A stretch of DNA of 62,184 nucleotides, the filler included, from Nemertoderma westbladi (taxonomy: Eukaryota > Animalia > Xenacoelomorpha), in the NCBI GenBank assembly GCA_032718475.1. It is 3 parts of 3 records of this genome, joined end to end, with 100 filler letters (N's around TTAATTAATTAA, not from the genome) between each part and the next. Parts side by side here need not be neighbours in the genome. Positions count along the whole stretch, not along the records: positions 23,320 to 51,264 come from JAUCBJ010005243.1; 2 more parts are not named here. One strand, given 5' to 3'. The position numbers were made by a program, and so were the translations under genes. Positions 35,279-49,127 of the stretch are shown piece by piece; position 1 is the first letter of the stretch, and every line of letters begins with the position of its first letter. The notes beneath the pieces are model-generated. The model saw only the letters and a program-made list of their open reading frames with translations, ran no database searches and was not told the DNA's origin.

Positions 35279-37149
35279 TTACAATAGCTTTACACAATTC
35301 TACAATTTCCCTGTTTTCCAACAAGACTTTCGTTATTATGTTCGTTACATTTAAATTATTTTGTAATAATATGATTCTTAATTGTTACTATGACTACAGT
35401 ATACAGCTATTATGTTTGATTTTAATGTTATTCAGGAAAATTATCCGTCGTTTTTAAAATAACGTGACCAATCTCTTATCAGCCTGTTATTTTATATTAT
35501 CATCATATCAATATACTGTAGTTGTGACGTCATTGAGTGAGAAAAATAAAATTCATTCTTTCAGACAGGGGATAAATTAAAGAGCACTCATGTTACTTAT
35601 AAAATGGGTCACCGACACTCGACAATGTCAAGATTTGGGATTTGGTTTATGATTCTAAATTATTGTGGTATTTTTATATAATGAAGTTTCAATACAAATT
35701 AATAAATTTGCATTATCATATAGTGTCATTTGTATTTACTTGTTTTTTAATTGTTTACAATTATAAGTTACTAAATATTAATATAATCAGACCCAGCCAC
35801 ACTACTTACTGTACATTAAATATTAACAGCAATAATAATTATACTCTGCACTTTAGAAATTACATTCAACAGCAACTGTGTAGGCCTGTAACTTCTGATA
35901 CTAATCAACTAAAATCATACAGATTTCGACTAACGCAATCATAATTCAAGATTTAAAACATGATTGCTTTACTGATTACGTATTTCTTGTGATTTGACGA
36001 TGACAGGATTATCCTATGAATCTCTTGTTGCTGACTGCTCAGTTTGTTATATCTATATGCCGCTGCCCTTCCAACTATCAGTAGGTATATACAGTAGCAG
36101 TAGGCTCCGGTGTACCTAACGGTAGCTCCGTAGCCAGTAGCTATTGAATCAGCGGCCCTTTGGATGAATGTAACAACGGTATAGTCAGTAAGGTATCAGC
36201 TACCTGGACATAGCTATAGGCGATATCACCCAATATACAGAATGCTAGTGCGCCATGTACCTACCTACACTACGGTTGTACGGTAAGGAAGGATAGTGGA
36301 TGGAAGAAGCGGTTGTATGAGTACCAAGGACTACAGTACTGCAAGATAAATATACACATTATGTAGCCAGCGACCCATTAAACTACCCCCCCCCCCCCCC
36401 CCCCCCCCCCCACACACACACACATCAACTAAATCTCCATAAATCTCTAGGATTCCTTAGTTTGTTCAGCAGATAATAACTCCCCATTACCTTACCTTAC
36501 CGTATAAGGAGAGACATTTATTTGCTGACGTCATTGTAGATTCTTTTAATTGCCACTAAGTTTTCAAGGAATTCCTCCATGTTTTAATCGGAGGGTGAGG
36601 GTGTTCTCGTATATCTTATTTCTCGGTAGTATGAAACATTATTCCCAAGAAGGAATCCTTACCGATATAATTACTCGGGGTTTCTCAAGGCCAATAACTT
36701 ATGCGAGCTTCGATTATCGGTATAGTTTCTATGGCTTAGCCCCTGGAGCTTCAAGGTTTTACATCAAATGGCCATTATTTTTTGCATTTATTTGTCTTCT
36801 TGTAGTGGGAGTATCTCATGTAATTACCTAAACGGCTAGTTTATAAGCAGTAAACAGTTTCCATTAGTGTCAAGTAAACAGTTCCCATTAGTGTCTTTAT
36901 AATAATTCCTAACTGTTTCAAAAGTATTAATTGTGGTGATAATGCTTTTAGTTCACCAGTTGTCATCCCATATATTTGCCTTCTAACCTAGCTGAAATGA
37001 TATAACCAGTTTCCTCTGCGTAGAGGAAGTCCTTTCGCAGTTGCAACCACAGTGTGCATAAGGATTCATATAAACATAATTTAACATTTATCGTACCAAT
37101 AATAATTACAAATAAATAGTAGTATATCAGTATAAAAAATAAAGAGTAA

Positions 37150-37790
37150 CCGCAATGATAATGTTTTATTTAAAAAAAAGTAGGTTTGCTTCGACCGTTA
37201 AGACAGGGATTCCGCACAAAGTCTGACGACTAATTCCAATTTCAGTCCCCCTGGAGCTGTTGTACTCCAAGAGGAAGAGGAACTCCAGAAATCATTTAGA
37301 TAACAATTAAGGATGCAAAGCAGAGATGCGCCCTGGCTTGTCTCTAAGGCGTTTGTGCAGAAATGTAACCCACAATTAATTCTTTCGGAATTAATTAAAG
37401 GCAACGCATTTAACAACTGCACAACAACAATGTTGGGATTTTTAAAGCGCATCCCAGCTGATGAGCCATTCAATATATTTATTTGGATAATAAAGATTGT
37501 TACTCCAGTTGTTGTGCATTTACTCCAGTTGTTGTGAGGATGATAGTAATCTTACACCCAGTTACTTAAGGCGCAATACAATCTATATGAAACTCCTATT
37601 CCGGCCTTCAACCATAGCTGTCACCAACAACGCTGAAATACTTCTTATCTACTACGATCTTGGTTTCGAATATCCATATAACGCAGTTGGGTACTGAGCT
37701 GTATAAGAGGTACGCAAACCTATTCCTGTGGTGGACCTGTCATACCAAAATGTAGAATTCTGCCAATACTGCTGACGTAAACTGTCATAT
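37150..37790 (-). mobile_element. Highly decayed LINE 3' remnant
   Basis: QLLNALP..N..R...F...L.T resembles the end of CR1-group ORF2; many stops. Confidence 0.35.
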
Positions 37791-38590
37791 TATATCTTGA
37801 GAATTTATTGTGTGGGTGGGTTGGGTGCTGCATATATTGAAATATTCTTCACGCTAAAACTGATAATTAATTCTTAAATTCCTTATGGATGCGATATAAT
37901 TATGCCATTATATTCTACTTTACGGAACTATGTTTTGACTTTATATCACCTGCTATAGCTGCTTTTTAAGACTGATTCTCATTAGCCAATTCTGACTTTC
38001 ATTCCATATTGTTTAAATCATTATTTCATTAAATAATAATTGATAAATCCTAATTATATTTCGTCATTTCATTTTTACCGCCGCCTCTTGGCACAGCAAA
38101 TAAACGGTGTGAGAACCCCGACAAAAAATACTTCAATAAAAATATTCGTAATCCGAGATCCACGATAATTTACAAAGTTCTTCGGGATTCGATTCTTATC
38201 AAAATATATATTTTCAAGAATATCAGATTCGGTTAAGGTAACATCGCGACATTAGCCATCTATTGTTGATCAAGATATCGGCTTTGCACCATAAAGGTTG
38301 CTCGTACAAGGAGTTCTGAAGACATGTAATCTCAGTGTATATGTTTGTTACCCTTCTAGGATATATGGAAAACTTATAGCTTCATATTATTTCTAGAATA
38401 ATCCTACACCAGGATAGCTCAACACGATACAAACAATTTCCACTTTATATATTATTTTCCACTTTATATATCACTCTGTATTTCCACCAGTGAAATAAAA
38501 CCAGGTCTGTTTCGAATTATCCACTGTTGAATCGAATAATATATACAATATATAATGTACTTGCGTAGTACTTAAAAAAAACAATTTTGT

Positions 38591-40232
38591 TTAACAAAGT
38601 AAATGGTAACAGTGACAGTGCGAATAAGTTAACAAAGTAAATGGTAACAGTGACAGTGCGAATAAGTTAACAAAGTAAATGGTAACAGTGACAGTGCGAA
38701 TAAGTTAACAAAGTAAATGGTAACAGTGACAGTGCGAATAAGTTAACAAAGTAAATGGTAACAGTGACAGTGCGAATAAGTTAACAAAGTAAATGGTAAC
38801 AGTGACAGTGCGAATAAGTTAACAAAGTAAATGGTAACAGTGACAGTGCGAATAAGTTAACAAAGTAAATGGTAACAGTGACAGTGCGAATAAGTTAACA
38901 AAGTAAATGGTAACAGTGACAGTGCGAATAAGTTAACAAAGTAAATGGTAACAGTGACAGTGCGAATAAGTTAACAAAGTAAATGGTAACAGTGACAGTG
39001 CGAATAAGTTAACAAAGTAAATGGTAACAGTGACAGTGCGAATAAGTTAACAAAGTAAATGGTAACAGTGACAGTGCGAATAAGTTAACAAAGTAAATGG
39101 TAACAGTGACAGTGCGAATAAGTTAACAAAGTAACTGGTAACAGTGACAGTGCGAATAAGTTAACAAAGTAAATGGTAACAGTGACAGTGCGAATAAGTT
39201 AACAAAGTAACTGGTAACAGTGACAGTGCGAATAAGTTAACAAAGTAACTGGTAACAGTGACAGTGCGAATAAGTTAACAAAGTAAATGGTAACAGTGAC
39301 AGTGCGAATAAGTTAACAAAGTAAATGGTAACAGTGACAGTGCGAATAAGTTAACAAAGTAAATGGTAACAGTGACAGTGCGAATAAGTTAACAAAGTAA
39401 ATGGTAACAGTGACAGTGCGAATAAGTTAACAAAGTAAATGGTAACAGTGACAGTGCGAATAAGTTAACAAAGTAAATGGTAACAGTGACAGTGCGAATA
39501 AGTTAACAAAGTAACTGGTAACAGTGACAGTGCGAATAAGTTAACAAAGTAACTGGTAACAGTGACAGTGCGAATAAGTTAACAAAGTAAATGGTAACAG
39601 TGACAGTGCGAATAAGTTAACAAAGTAAATGGTAACAGTGACAGTGCGAATAAGTTAACAAAGTAAATGGTAACAGTGACAGTGCGAATAAGTTAACAAA
39701 GTAAATGGTAACAGTGACAGTGCGAATAAGTTAACAAAGTAAATGGTAACAGTGACAGTGCGAATAAGTTAACAAAGTAAATGGTAACAGTGACAGTGCG
39801 AATAAGTTAACAAAGTAACTGGTAACAGTGACAGTGCGAATAAGTTAACAAAGTAACTGGTAACAGTGACAGTGCGAATAAGTTAACAAAGTAACTGGTA
39901 ACAGTGACAGTGCGAATAAGTTAACAAAGTAAATGGTAACAGTGACAGTGCGAATAAGTTAACAAAGTAAATGGTAACAGTGACAGTGCGAATAAGTTAA
40001 CCAAGTAAATGGCAACAGTGACAGTGCGAATAAGTTAACAAAGTAACTGGTAACAGTGACAGTGCGAATAAGTTAACAAAGTAAATGGTAACAGTGACAG
40101 TGCGAATAAGTTAACAAAGTAAATGGTAACAGTGACAGTGCGAATAAGTTAACAAAGTAAATGGTAACAGTGACAGTGCGAATAAGTTAACAAAGTAAAT
40201 GGTAACAGTGACAGTGCGAATAAGTTAACAAA
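38591..40232. repeat. 38-bp tandem repeat, about 43 near-identical copies
   Basis: Unit TTAACAAAGTAAATGGTAACAGTGACAGTGCGAATAAG, mainly one A/C variant. Confidence 0.97.
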
Positions 40233-40344
40233 GAATTTCAGTCACTAAATGTTATTTAATTTATAGATCTATTTCGATCAAGTTAATCGATCGAATATCA
40301 ACTAATTAATTAACTTAATTAACAATAATATTTTAATTAACCAG

Positions 40345-40624
40345 AGGGGCCAATCAACGTTAGAAGAGACGAGGATAATTTGTCCTACCAGTTACCAACA
40401 ACGACAGCCACCAATGCACCAGCAGCCAGCCCAAAGTCGTCTACCGCCTACTTACCCACGGGTAGCCCAAAGTCGTCTACCGCCTACTTACCCACCGGTA
40501 GTCCTAAATCAGTCAATCTCTCTAACAGAACTCCGAGTCCCAAAAGCGGCAGACGTCTACAGCGGGAGGGGTCATTAAGCACCCCGAAACGCAGACCAAG
40601 CGGGTGGTCAAACCTTCTTAACAA
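40345..40624 (+). CDS. Exon of an unidentified Ser/Pro/Thr-rich protein
   Basis: CCAG acceptor, GTTAGT donor, open frame GPINVRRDEDNLSYQL...SGWSNLLNK with an internal 39-bp duplication; phase fits the exon at 47894. Confidence 0.65.
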
Positions 40625-41487
40625 GTTAGTTTGTGAGATTACTTCTTCTCATGTGATTAAAAACTACCTATAAATACAATGCAAGGTTTGAGATAGGGTA
40701 ATGTATGTTCTTTGTTACTTTCGCCGTGAGGACCAGCCTGTGCAGCACAATCTTGTACTTTGGTAGCCCAAGAATAGAGTTTGCAAAATAATTGCGCTGT
40801 GGCCAGCGGCCTGGCCTCAGTATCTGCGCTCTGCCGGCTACACTAAGATATAAATCTATGTACTGTTTTCTAAGAATTTTAGTGAGAAAAAGTAGATTTT
40901 GAAGACATATGAGTTATTTATAACACGAGATAGTTATTTTTTAAATTTACTTTCATAATATAATTATATATTTATTCCAGTATTTTTATTGCGTTTTACG
41001 AAGGATAATAATTGTATTGTGTTTGAGAAGGTTTGCTATGTAGTACTCCTTTACTGAATATATGAAACCAGGTGGTTAATGCAGCGCGAAATTACGCGCC
41101 ATTACAATGTAATTGATTTAGTGTTCCCTGCGGAGAGGTAAAGATTTAACCAAGGGTTGTCTTGTTACTGGGTTACTGGTGGCTTTGTAGTGTACTACAG
41201 TAGGTAAATCAATTAATCATATGATACAGAATTGCAGTGCCTTCTCCTTCCTTCGCTTTCCATAATAAATAATTTGTAGATAATCACGCTGGTGGTGGTG
41301 TTCACGTATATACGGGATGCTAAACCTTGGGAGTTAGTGTGTAACCCTTTCATACTTATTAATAACGTTAATTACCTTGGTGTTCACTTTTGTTATATAT
41401 TATAATTTGAAGTTCTCGCATTTTTTGATTTTTTAGCCTCAATAATAAAATTTGATTTGGGTCCATTTTATTCACAACTGTAGCAAT

Positions 41488-41665
41488 ATTCACATGATAC
41501 ATATTCACACATATACATACATATTCACATGTACATAATTCACATGTACATTCATATTCACATGTACATACATATTCACATGTACATACATATTCACATA
41601 TACATACATATTCACATGTACATACATATTCACATATACATACATATTCACATGTACATATACAT
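41488..41665. repeat. 18-bp tandem repeat TATTCACATGTACATACA
   Basis: Direct inspection. Confidence 0.9.
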
Positions 41666-42715
41666 CTATATAATTTTTATTACTCACCCTGTAAACTAAT
41701 TTTCATTTAAAACTTAATGAGATAAAAATATCGAGTAAAAGTCAGTAATTATAATATGTCAACTGTTAATTGATCTGTTAAAAAAGTAGTTTTTTATGCT
41801 ATGTAACGAAGTTATTTCAAAATTAGGCATTACAATGTTCCCATTCCTATTTGCAAATGTGACACCAAAATATTATGTGTAGAAAATTCAAAATTTCTAC
41901 AAAATGTCTGGAGCGTTCACTGGTATTGTTTAAGAGCCTCCGAAAATGGACTAAAATACTACTAGAATTATTAACACTGTTTAATGAAAAATGTATAAAT
42001 TACACCCACAAATTCCAAATTCATTATCTATTTGTCCCACACACCACGACCACGCCACATAGTGTGATGCTATAATGCGTTGTGTCGTTGTAACCGAATC
42101 CATTCCACTTCCCCACATACAGTTGCATTATTCTTGAAACTACATTGTATTTATTCAACCCAATAAAACAACAAACAGTTCACTAACAACTTATCTAAAG
42201 GTGATTTGCGATTAGGTATAAGGTTGGGAACTGAACGGTTAATGGGTTGCATCAACAGCAGCAGCAATAGTAACAGTAGCTAATTTTATAAAGTTAATGG
42301 GTGGCATTTTCAATTAGAGTAGATTTTCAACTGAACCTTTTATGGCTTATTATCAGTAATTTATAAGAAAATAAACGGATAATTAGGGAAATACGGCTTT
42401 GTAGGTCTTCCATAGAATCATAACTCACATTCATTAAATACTTAGGACGGAGCGATGCCCATTACCTATTGTGTGCTTTTCTTATTGAAAAAATATATTT
42501 ATAGATAACAATAATTAATATATAAAATATTGTGAGCTAAAAGTATAATTGGACAGTAATCTCATTGTATCAGATCCACTGTACATTGGATCCACGGCAT
42601 TTGTGTCCTACTGATGCTGGTTAGACAGATCCACTCGGGGTCAGGGGTCCTTCAGGGTGATACACTCTCACCATTTTCTTATTTTTAATTAATTACAGTC
42701 GCTAAGGATCTCTAC

Positions 42716-45700
42716 TAGGGTGGGTCGAAAAATACTTTTTTGCTCAAATTCGGTCGGGTTAGTGAAAAAAATGTGCCATTCCTGATAAAAATGTTATGCC
42801 CATAACTTCATGCGAAATTTCAAGTCCTTCTGGCTCCAACGGGGGGTCAAAATTTCGAAATATTGGCAAAATTTTAAAAAAATCAGCTTAGGCAGACCAA
42901 ATTTTTTTTTGCTCAGATTTAGTCAGGTTATTGAAAAAGGGCTTCCATTTATGGTAAAAATATAATTTACAATGCTTCACATAATTATTTAAACTCTTTC
43001 TGTCTCCAACAGGGTGTCAAAATTTGGAAAAAATTGGTGTAAACGGCCTTATTTTTTCCTGAATAAAATTGATCTAGTGAAATATAGTTTGGCATAAGTT
43101 TTCAGTTTCAAGGTTCTCAAGGTTCCACTGAACTCCATTCAACAGTTTCAGTATCAACATTGTGGATAAAAGATCAAAAAAATTCAAGACAGTTTTTGGA
43201 AAACTTAACATTCAATATTACTGCATGTAAATGTAAATTTATATTAATACACAAAGTTATTCATTATGTCATCAGTTATAGCTGTAAAGAAATAATTTTG
43301 ATGACTTAACAAAGTTTCGACACAGTTTAACAGATGTATATCAGATTAGTTTTTTAAAATCCGACTTAATGATAAGCTTTGGTGCCACTCTTCTGGACTC
43401 TAAAGTTGATCGTATGAACCCATCACGATTAGATGGACCAACTACCGAAATGCTAGCTTCTGTCACCAGCTTGACACACCTCTCAACAGCTTGTGTGTGA
43501 CATGGAAACTGTGGCATAACTACTTCAACAACACCTTCAAGCTGCTGTTTAGACCAACCCATTGTGATTGGCGGTTCTGTTCGCTGAATTAGTTCAGACC
43601 ATAAAATAACATCAGTGTACTCTGTCGCGTCGAAGTTCAGGGGTGGTACTCTGAAGGATCGTACACCAGTAGTAGACGGTTTACCTCTTGCCAACAGAAT
43701 GCGACGTGCTGCCAACTCTCGAATATGTGGTCTTTCATCCATCAACATTGCCAGAAGTAAATTTTCAGGATGACCTGAGTAACTATTTCTCTGCAGAACA
43801 GGATCAATTATGGCCTTGAGTTCAGTCGATAGATAACGAGAAGATGAGATCATCTGATATAAATGATGTGGACCATGATAGCATTGTGGTTTCTGTTTTA
43901 TTGCAAACCAAGTAGGTGCATACACTATCATAATGAATTCCACGATGGCAATCAACTTTTCTGAAGGATCTGGTGATCCAATGTAAAGCCGAAGTACACG
44001 ATTTGCCAAAGTAAGCCAACGTGAATGATGAAGTGGTCCAGGTTTTTGAGCTGCCAATCTTGAATCGCAACATCCTGTAGCAACTGCCCGATGGATCTTT
44101 AATAAGTACTGCTGATCAGAACTCAGATCATCACATGGAACATTGATCTCTGGAATATTAATTGGTTGGAAATTTATTACATCAAGAGCTTCACAAGACT
44201 GAAGTGCAGATCCAATTGATCCCGAAAAGGCACGGGGTCCAACAGTACGACCATCCAAATGTTCGAAAATATGCCGCAGTGGAAGCTCATTTATATGTAG
44301 CATACAAATTAGCCACTGTAGTGGTCTTTGAAATGACTCCTCGAAACGTCGAATGACACCCCCCTTTGAGCCAGTATTGACAGCAGTACCATCACATCCT
44401 ATGGCATTCACATTATTTAAGTCTAAAGGATTAACACATGATGAAATAGCATCAAATATTGATTGACTTGAGCCACTAACTGGAGAAACATGGCCAATAT
44501 AATTGGCACCAGGCTCTGACATAATTGAAACATGTTCTTCGCGAACTGTTCTGCGGTGATTTGTAGTAGTGTCCCCTTCAACAGTGGGCACATCTATTAA
44601 AGTTTTATCCTTGCGGCCATCAAAGTATATACTGCTCAAAGATTTTATTCCAGCATCTTTCAACTCTACCCGCCTCTTCTCACGTTCTCGTCTAAGTTTT
44701 GAACGATCTATAATCATGGAGGCATCCTCTTTTGAAATAAGACCAGCATCATGTAAGGCTGCAGACGATATTGCTGCTGCTGCCCTGTCAGAAACATGGT
44801 ATCGATCAGAAATCGTAGCTAAAGTTGGTAAACAATGTCGCATTTGAACAGCTGACGTTGATGGAACAGTAAATATGTCATCACCGCTACTATAATCCGA
44901 TTCGGGATTACAGCTTTTCACCCCAGTTGATCCAATAATGGATCCATTTTCGTCACTTTCGCTACTATCAGCCAATTCTACCACATCATGTATTTTACTA
45001 GATACATTTTTAATATAACTCATTGAAAGGGACTGACTTCTACGATTTTTACGATCTTCCGCTGCCTGTAATCGTGTAGTTTCACGCTCATCAATAGCAC
45101 CAACAATCATCTTCCGTTCACCTCGCTGATCAGATAAAAATGGTTGCTCCAGCATGGGTACTTTGCGATCACGATTACAGTTACAATTAGCAAAATCAGC
45201 ACACTTGCAGCTACAAATATCAAACAGCTGTATCTGACAATTATCACGAAATGTTCCACGCTTTTGTTTCTGAAACTCGGTGTCCTTTGCAGTATTGTAT
45301 GCTTTTAGCAGAGACATATACTTGTTATGGAGCGAAATAATCTTTTCGATTATACGGCGATGACTTAGAATTGGAAGTGAACATTTATTCCAAACATCTT
45401 GGACATCATCAGCAACTTTCGAGGCGATTTCACGAAAAGAGATATGCTTTCCCAACTCTTGCAGTCCAATATTCTTTAAGTGGACACAATGTTTTATAAC
45501 ATCAGCCTCAGTAGGCAGGTTTGACTGGGGGATAATGTCAACTCCTCCAAATATGGGACATGATGTCGCACTTCTGGTCTTTACACTACCAGCTGATGCC
45601 ATTGCAGTTATATTGTATAAAAGTTTATGTTCTTTTTCAGTATTTTATCAGTCAGTTCTAATCAGAATTACTGGTACCGGTACATCAACGTTAGAAATGA

Positions 45701-46821
45701 TGGAAATCACAAAATGGTGAAATGTAGTGCTGCAGTTTACTGCTTTTGTCTTCTCTATGGGATTACACGTCATTAGTTTATATTGTCATTAGGTTCTTGC
45801 ATAACAAGGGCCTGCGAGACCAGGGCATGCGTTATTATTAGGTCCTACATAATTATCTGCGTCTTTCTAAAAACTCCTAAATGGTGAATGGTGATTCCAG
45901 CCGCAATACGCAGACTTTATAATAGTGCAGTACCTAATACTGTAATGATGCAGTAGGCCTACCTAATTACGCAATACCTATTGACTACCAGACCTAACAA
46001 CGCGACCCCCTCAATGGTACTGAAACTGTAGGATACATTTTGAGTAATTCTGTATTTTAAACCTTCTACTGTAAAACCTCAAAGAACTATTTTAGATACT
46101 GTATTAAACAGTTGGCTCATGAAAGTAGCAAGTACTGAAGTAGCAAGTATGTAGGTCAGTTAGGCTAGGCAATAACAATTATTAATCACATGTAAATACG
46201 TTTTAAATTTCCCTCCAATATTTGTATCACTTTTTATTATTTAAACTGTAATTGCAATTGGTGATGGGTTTCTCTGTATCTATATTTGTGAAATTGTTTG
46301 ACTATTCTCGATTTAATAAGTTGGCTCATGAAAAGATGAGAGAGAGTCAAAAAAGCAAATAAGACAAATTATTTATAAAGATTTCTACTAAATGATAAAA
46401 AAATTCTACCTGCTAACTTGATTTCACTAACTGAGATCATCAGTCAATTTAAACAATTTGGATCCACTACCAATTACATATATTTTTCAAACTTTTACTC
46501 TTTTTTGAGAAATTCTTACCCCCTGTTGGAGACAAAAGGAATTGAGATAGTTGTGTGAAACTTTGAGAATAACATTTATATCAAGAATGGTACACTTTTT
46601 TCACTAACCCGACTAAATCTGAGCTAAAAAAAATTGGATCTACCTAAGTGGATTTTTTTTTATTTTTGCCCGATTTTGTGAAATTTTGACGCCCCGTTGG
46701 AGCCAGAAGGACTTGAAATTTTTGCATGAAAATTTCGACATAACATTTCTATCCGGAATGGCACATTTTTTTCACTACCCCGACCGAATTTGAGCAAAAA
46801 AGTTTTTTTCGACCCACCCTA
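42716..46821 (-). mobile_element. Full-length hAT transposon (hATm-type, TAG termini)
   Basis: Long TIRs starting TAGGGTGGGTCGAAAAA; perfect 8-bp TSD ATCTCTAC at 42708-42715 and 46822-46829; intact transposase inside. Confidence 0.93.
43341..45602 (-). CDS. hATm-type DDE transposase, 753 aa, intact
   Basis: Motifs YFDGRKDKT, GCDGTAVNTG, WLICMLHINELPLRH, HSRWLTLANRVLRLY, PCHTQAVERCVKLVTEAS. Confidence 0.9.
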   Translation of the reverse strand: MASAGSVKTRSATSCPIFGGVDIIPQSNLPTEADVIKHCVHLKNIGLQELGKHISFREIASKVADDVQDVWNKCSLPILSHRRIIEKIISLHNKYMSLLKAYNTAKDTEFQKQKRGTFRDNCQIQLFDICSCKCADFANCNCNRDRKVPMLEQPFLSDQRGERKMIVGAIDERETTRLQAAEDRKNRRSQSLSMSYIKNVSSKIHDVVELADSSESDENGSIIGSTGVKSCNPESDYSSGDDIFTVPSTSAVQMRHCLPTLATISDRYHVSDRAAAAISSAALHDAGLISKEDASMIIDRSKLRREREKRRVELKDAGIKSLSSIYFDGRKDKTLIDVPTVEGDTTTNHRRTVREEHVSIMSEPGANYIGHVSPVSGSSQSIFDAISSCVNPLDLNNVNAIGCDGTAVNTGSKGGVIRRFEESFQRPLQWLICMLHINELPLRHIFEHLDGRTVGPRAFSGSIGSALQSCEALDVINFQPINIPEINVPCDDLSSDQQYLLKIHRAVATGCCDSRLAAQKPGPLHHSRWLTLANRVLRLYIGSPDPSEKLIAIVEFIMIVYAPTWFAIKQKPQCYHGPHHLYQMISSSRYLSTELKAIIDPVLQRNSYSGHPENLLLAMLMDERPHIRELAARRILLARGKPSTTGVRSFRVPPLNFDATEYTDVILWSELIQRTEPPITMGWSKQQLEGVVEVVMPQFPCHTQAVERCVKLVTEASISVVGPSNRDGFIRSTLESRRVAPKLIIKSDFKKLI

Positions 46822-47893
46822 ATCTCTACCCATGTCCTAAGACCATCTTTATAAAGATGGGGTGATGGTAACGCCCCCTACAGGTACAAGCAGTAGAGGA
46901 AATCCAGCAAAGTACCTAACTGATCTAAACTTTGCTGATGACTTAGGAGTACTGCCAGAATCACTAGAGGGAGCCCAACGGCTCCTCTGATCATTGGAGC
47001 AGGCTGCTTCTAGTGTTGGTATTTTTGTAAATTACAAGAAGACCAAAATCATGACAGTGATCTTTAGACAGCCCTTGTCTCAAGAAATATTTGATCCTAA
47101 GGCCGTAAGTTCCAGGGAGGTCTTGCTTGTGCATGCATGGGGATGACTTGGTATCATGGATCGGGAAGTCAGGTGAAGAAGTAAGGGAAAAGACATGGGC
47201 TGGTCAGAATTGAATAGTTTGTCCAGGATTTGGAAGTCCCATGGAATAAAAGGATTTACCATGATTCGATTATTTATGGCAGCAGTTGAACCAGTAGTCT
47301 TATGTGAGTCCGTGCTGGGCTCTAACCTAGCCTCACTTCCCTTTAATTGTGCCAATATCTTTAGATTGTTTCTGATTATTTTAATACAAAACAACCATGT
47401 ATCGAAACACTATCAAGTTATATGTGATTTAAAATATAATGATGTATAAGTTGTTGTGTTGTGTTGTTCTCAATTAAAATTGGTTTACCCAATATATTAT
47501 TGTGCATTTATCTTTATAGTTTTCTCCAAACAAGTTTACCTTTCTTCTTCATAACATGCACTGATTATCTTGTACTTTACTTGAATTCTCATAACATAAT
47601 ATGGACGGACACTCGTAATTGGAGATAAGATCGACTCACTGGCACTGGTGCATCACATTCGTGTTATTGATAAATCCATTTGTCTTAGGGAAGAGAATAA
47701 GCTAATACTTATTATTATATGTTTTTGTGATGAGGCAATGTACTGTATTATGTTACATGTGTTGTGGATTACTCCACCCTGAGCTCATGAGCCAAAGAGC
47801 CACTATTGCTAAATATTGTTATATGATTTCTACGATATTTGTGTTTTTTTAAATTTCATTACATGTAATTCTTAAATATTATTTACTTTGTAG

Positions 47894-48021
47894 ATTTCAG
47901 GGCGTTTCCTCTGCCCCCGGAAAAGATAATCCGGCCAGTCAGAGTGCATCACTGCAAATTGAAGCCCAAATTCACTGTGAAGAGATTTCTAAGTCGAGTT
48001 TATCACCAGCTAGCAGTAAAG
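47894..48021 (+). CDS. Exon of the unidentified Ser/Pro/Thr-rich protein
   Basis: TGTAG acceptor, GTAAGG donor, phase 2 to 1, FQGVSSAPGKDNPASQ...SPASSK. Confidence 0.65.
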
Positions 48022-48256
48022 GTAAGGTTGTTTTTTTTTCCTTCAGAGGTTCAGTTATAATTGCATATGTTATTTATGGTGGAGTGATTCAATTTGATAA
48101 CAAGATCACGGTATCAATTTGCATCCTATATTTTACGATTTTCTCTCTTATCCCTGGAGAAATGAGGAATGTATTGAATCTGTGTAATTGATTATTTAGT
48201 TGGAATAAAGTAAAGAGTTAGTTTTTAACTAATTTAATTATTATTTTGTTGTTTAG

Positions 48257-48878
48257 TTTGGATTGAATCCCGTAAACCATGTGCCTTAAACCAGCCCCCG
48301 ACTGTGACTCCTCCTAGTGTAACAGAAAGTAGTCCGAGGTTAGAAAACTCACCCGCGAGGGGCATCGAACCTCTCTCAATCTTGGAGTTTAAACTGACAC
48401 CGCGGGTGCCAGTTGGCATAAGGGAAGATTCCTTAGCGGTTTCATCACTCCCCACAACCCCGGTTGCGGGACACCGACCAATCACTGAGTCGCCTCATAG
48501 TAATCGTTCTGGCCATTCACAGACAACCCGAGGAAGCTACCAATCACATCGCTCGGATCTACCCGTCCAATCACGTTCTACAGATCAACAACCTACATCT
48601 CCTAGAAACAACCGGAAGTTTACTAATCAACCTGAACTAACAGCTTCCAGACCCAATCCAAGTGATGGAAACTATGGCAATAACACCGACTCGCAGAGTT
48701 TTAACCAACTCGGTATAAATTCGCTTCGTAACTCAGCCGAATCTATTCATATAGAGAATCGTGTCTCTGTTAGCCCACTCCAGACTCCGACACAGCGCGA
48801 GACAACTCATAGAGAACTGCCGGCAACTCCAAAAAATTACAGTGAAAGACGAGACTGGGTGCTCGCGAGATTAACAAG
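48257..48878 (+). CDS. Exon of the unidentified Ser/Pro/Thr-rich protein (3' end not found)
   Basis: TTTAG acceptor in phase 1, open for about 207 codons to YSERRDWVLARLT, GTTAGT donor. Confidence 0.7.
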
Positions 48879-49127
48879 GTTAGTTGTTTTACCAGTAATT
48901 TACCGGTAATTTGCACTGTAGTCTATCAAACACCCAACACATGTAGTAGTCTGAATGGGGTTGTGAATTTAAAAATTGTGTGAAGATCATTTGCACAATC
49001 ATATAGTCAGTATGACTCGGAAAACTATGAATCTGTTGGTAAAAAAAATAAATTGTTTCGGTCTGATCAGCAATTTAATTCCCCTTATAATGAATATCTT
49101 GTAAGGTGTCTCACACGTTTGAGGTGG

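Larger units (their letters stand above)
42560..47330 (+). mobile_element. Decayed RTE-like LINE reverse transcriptase split by the hAT insertion
   Basis: GVLQGDTLSP left of the transposon (about 42645-42675) and YLTDLNFADDLGVL right of it (about 46913-46955). Confidence 0.75.
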
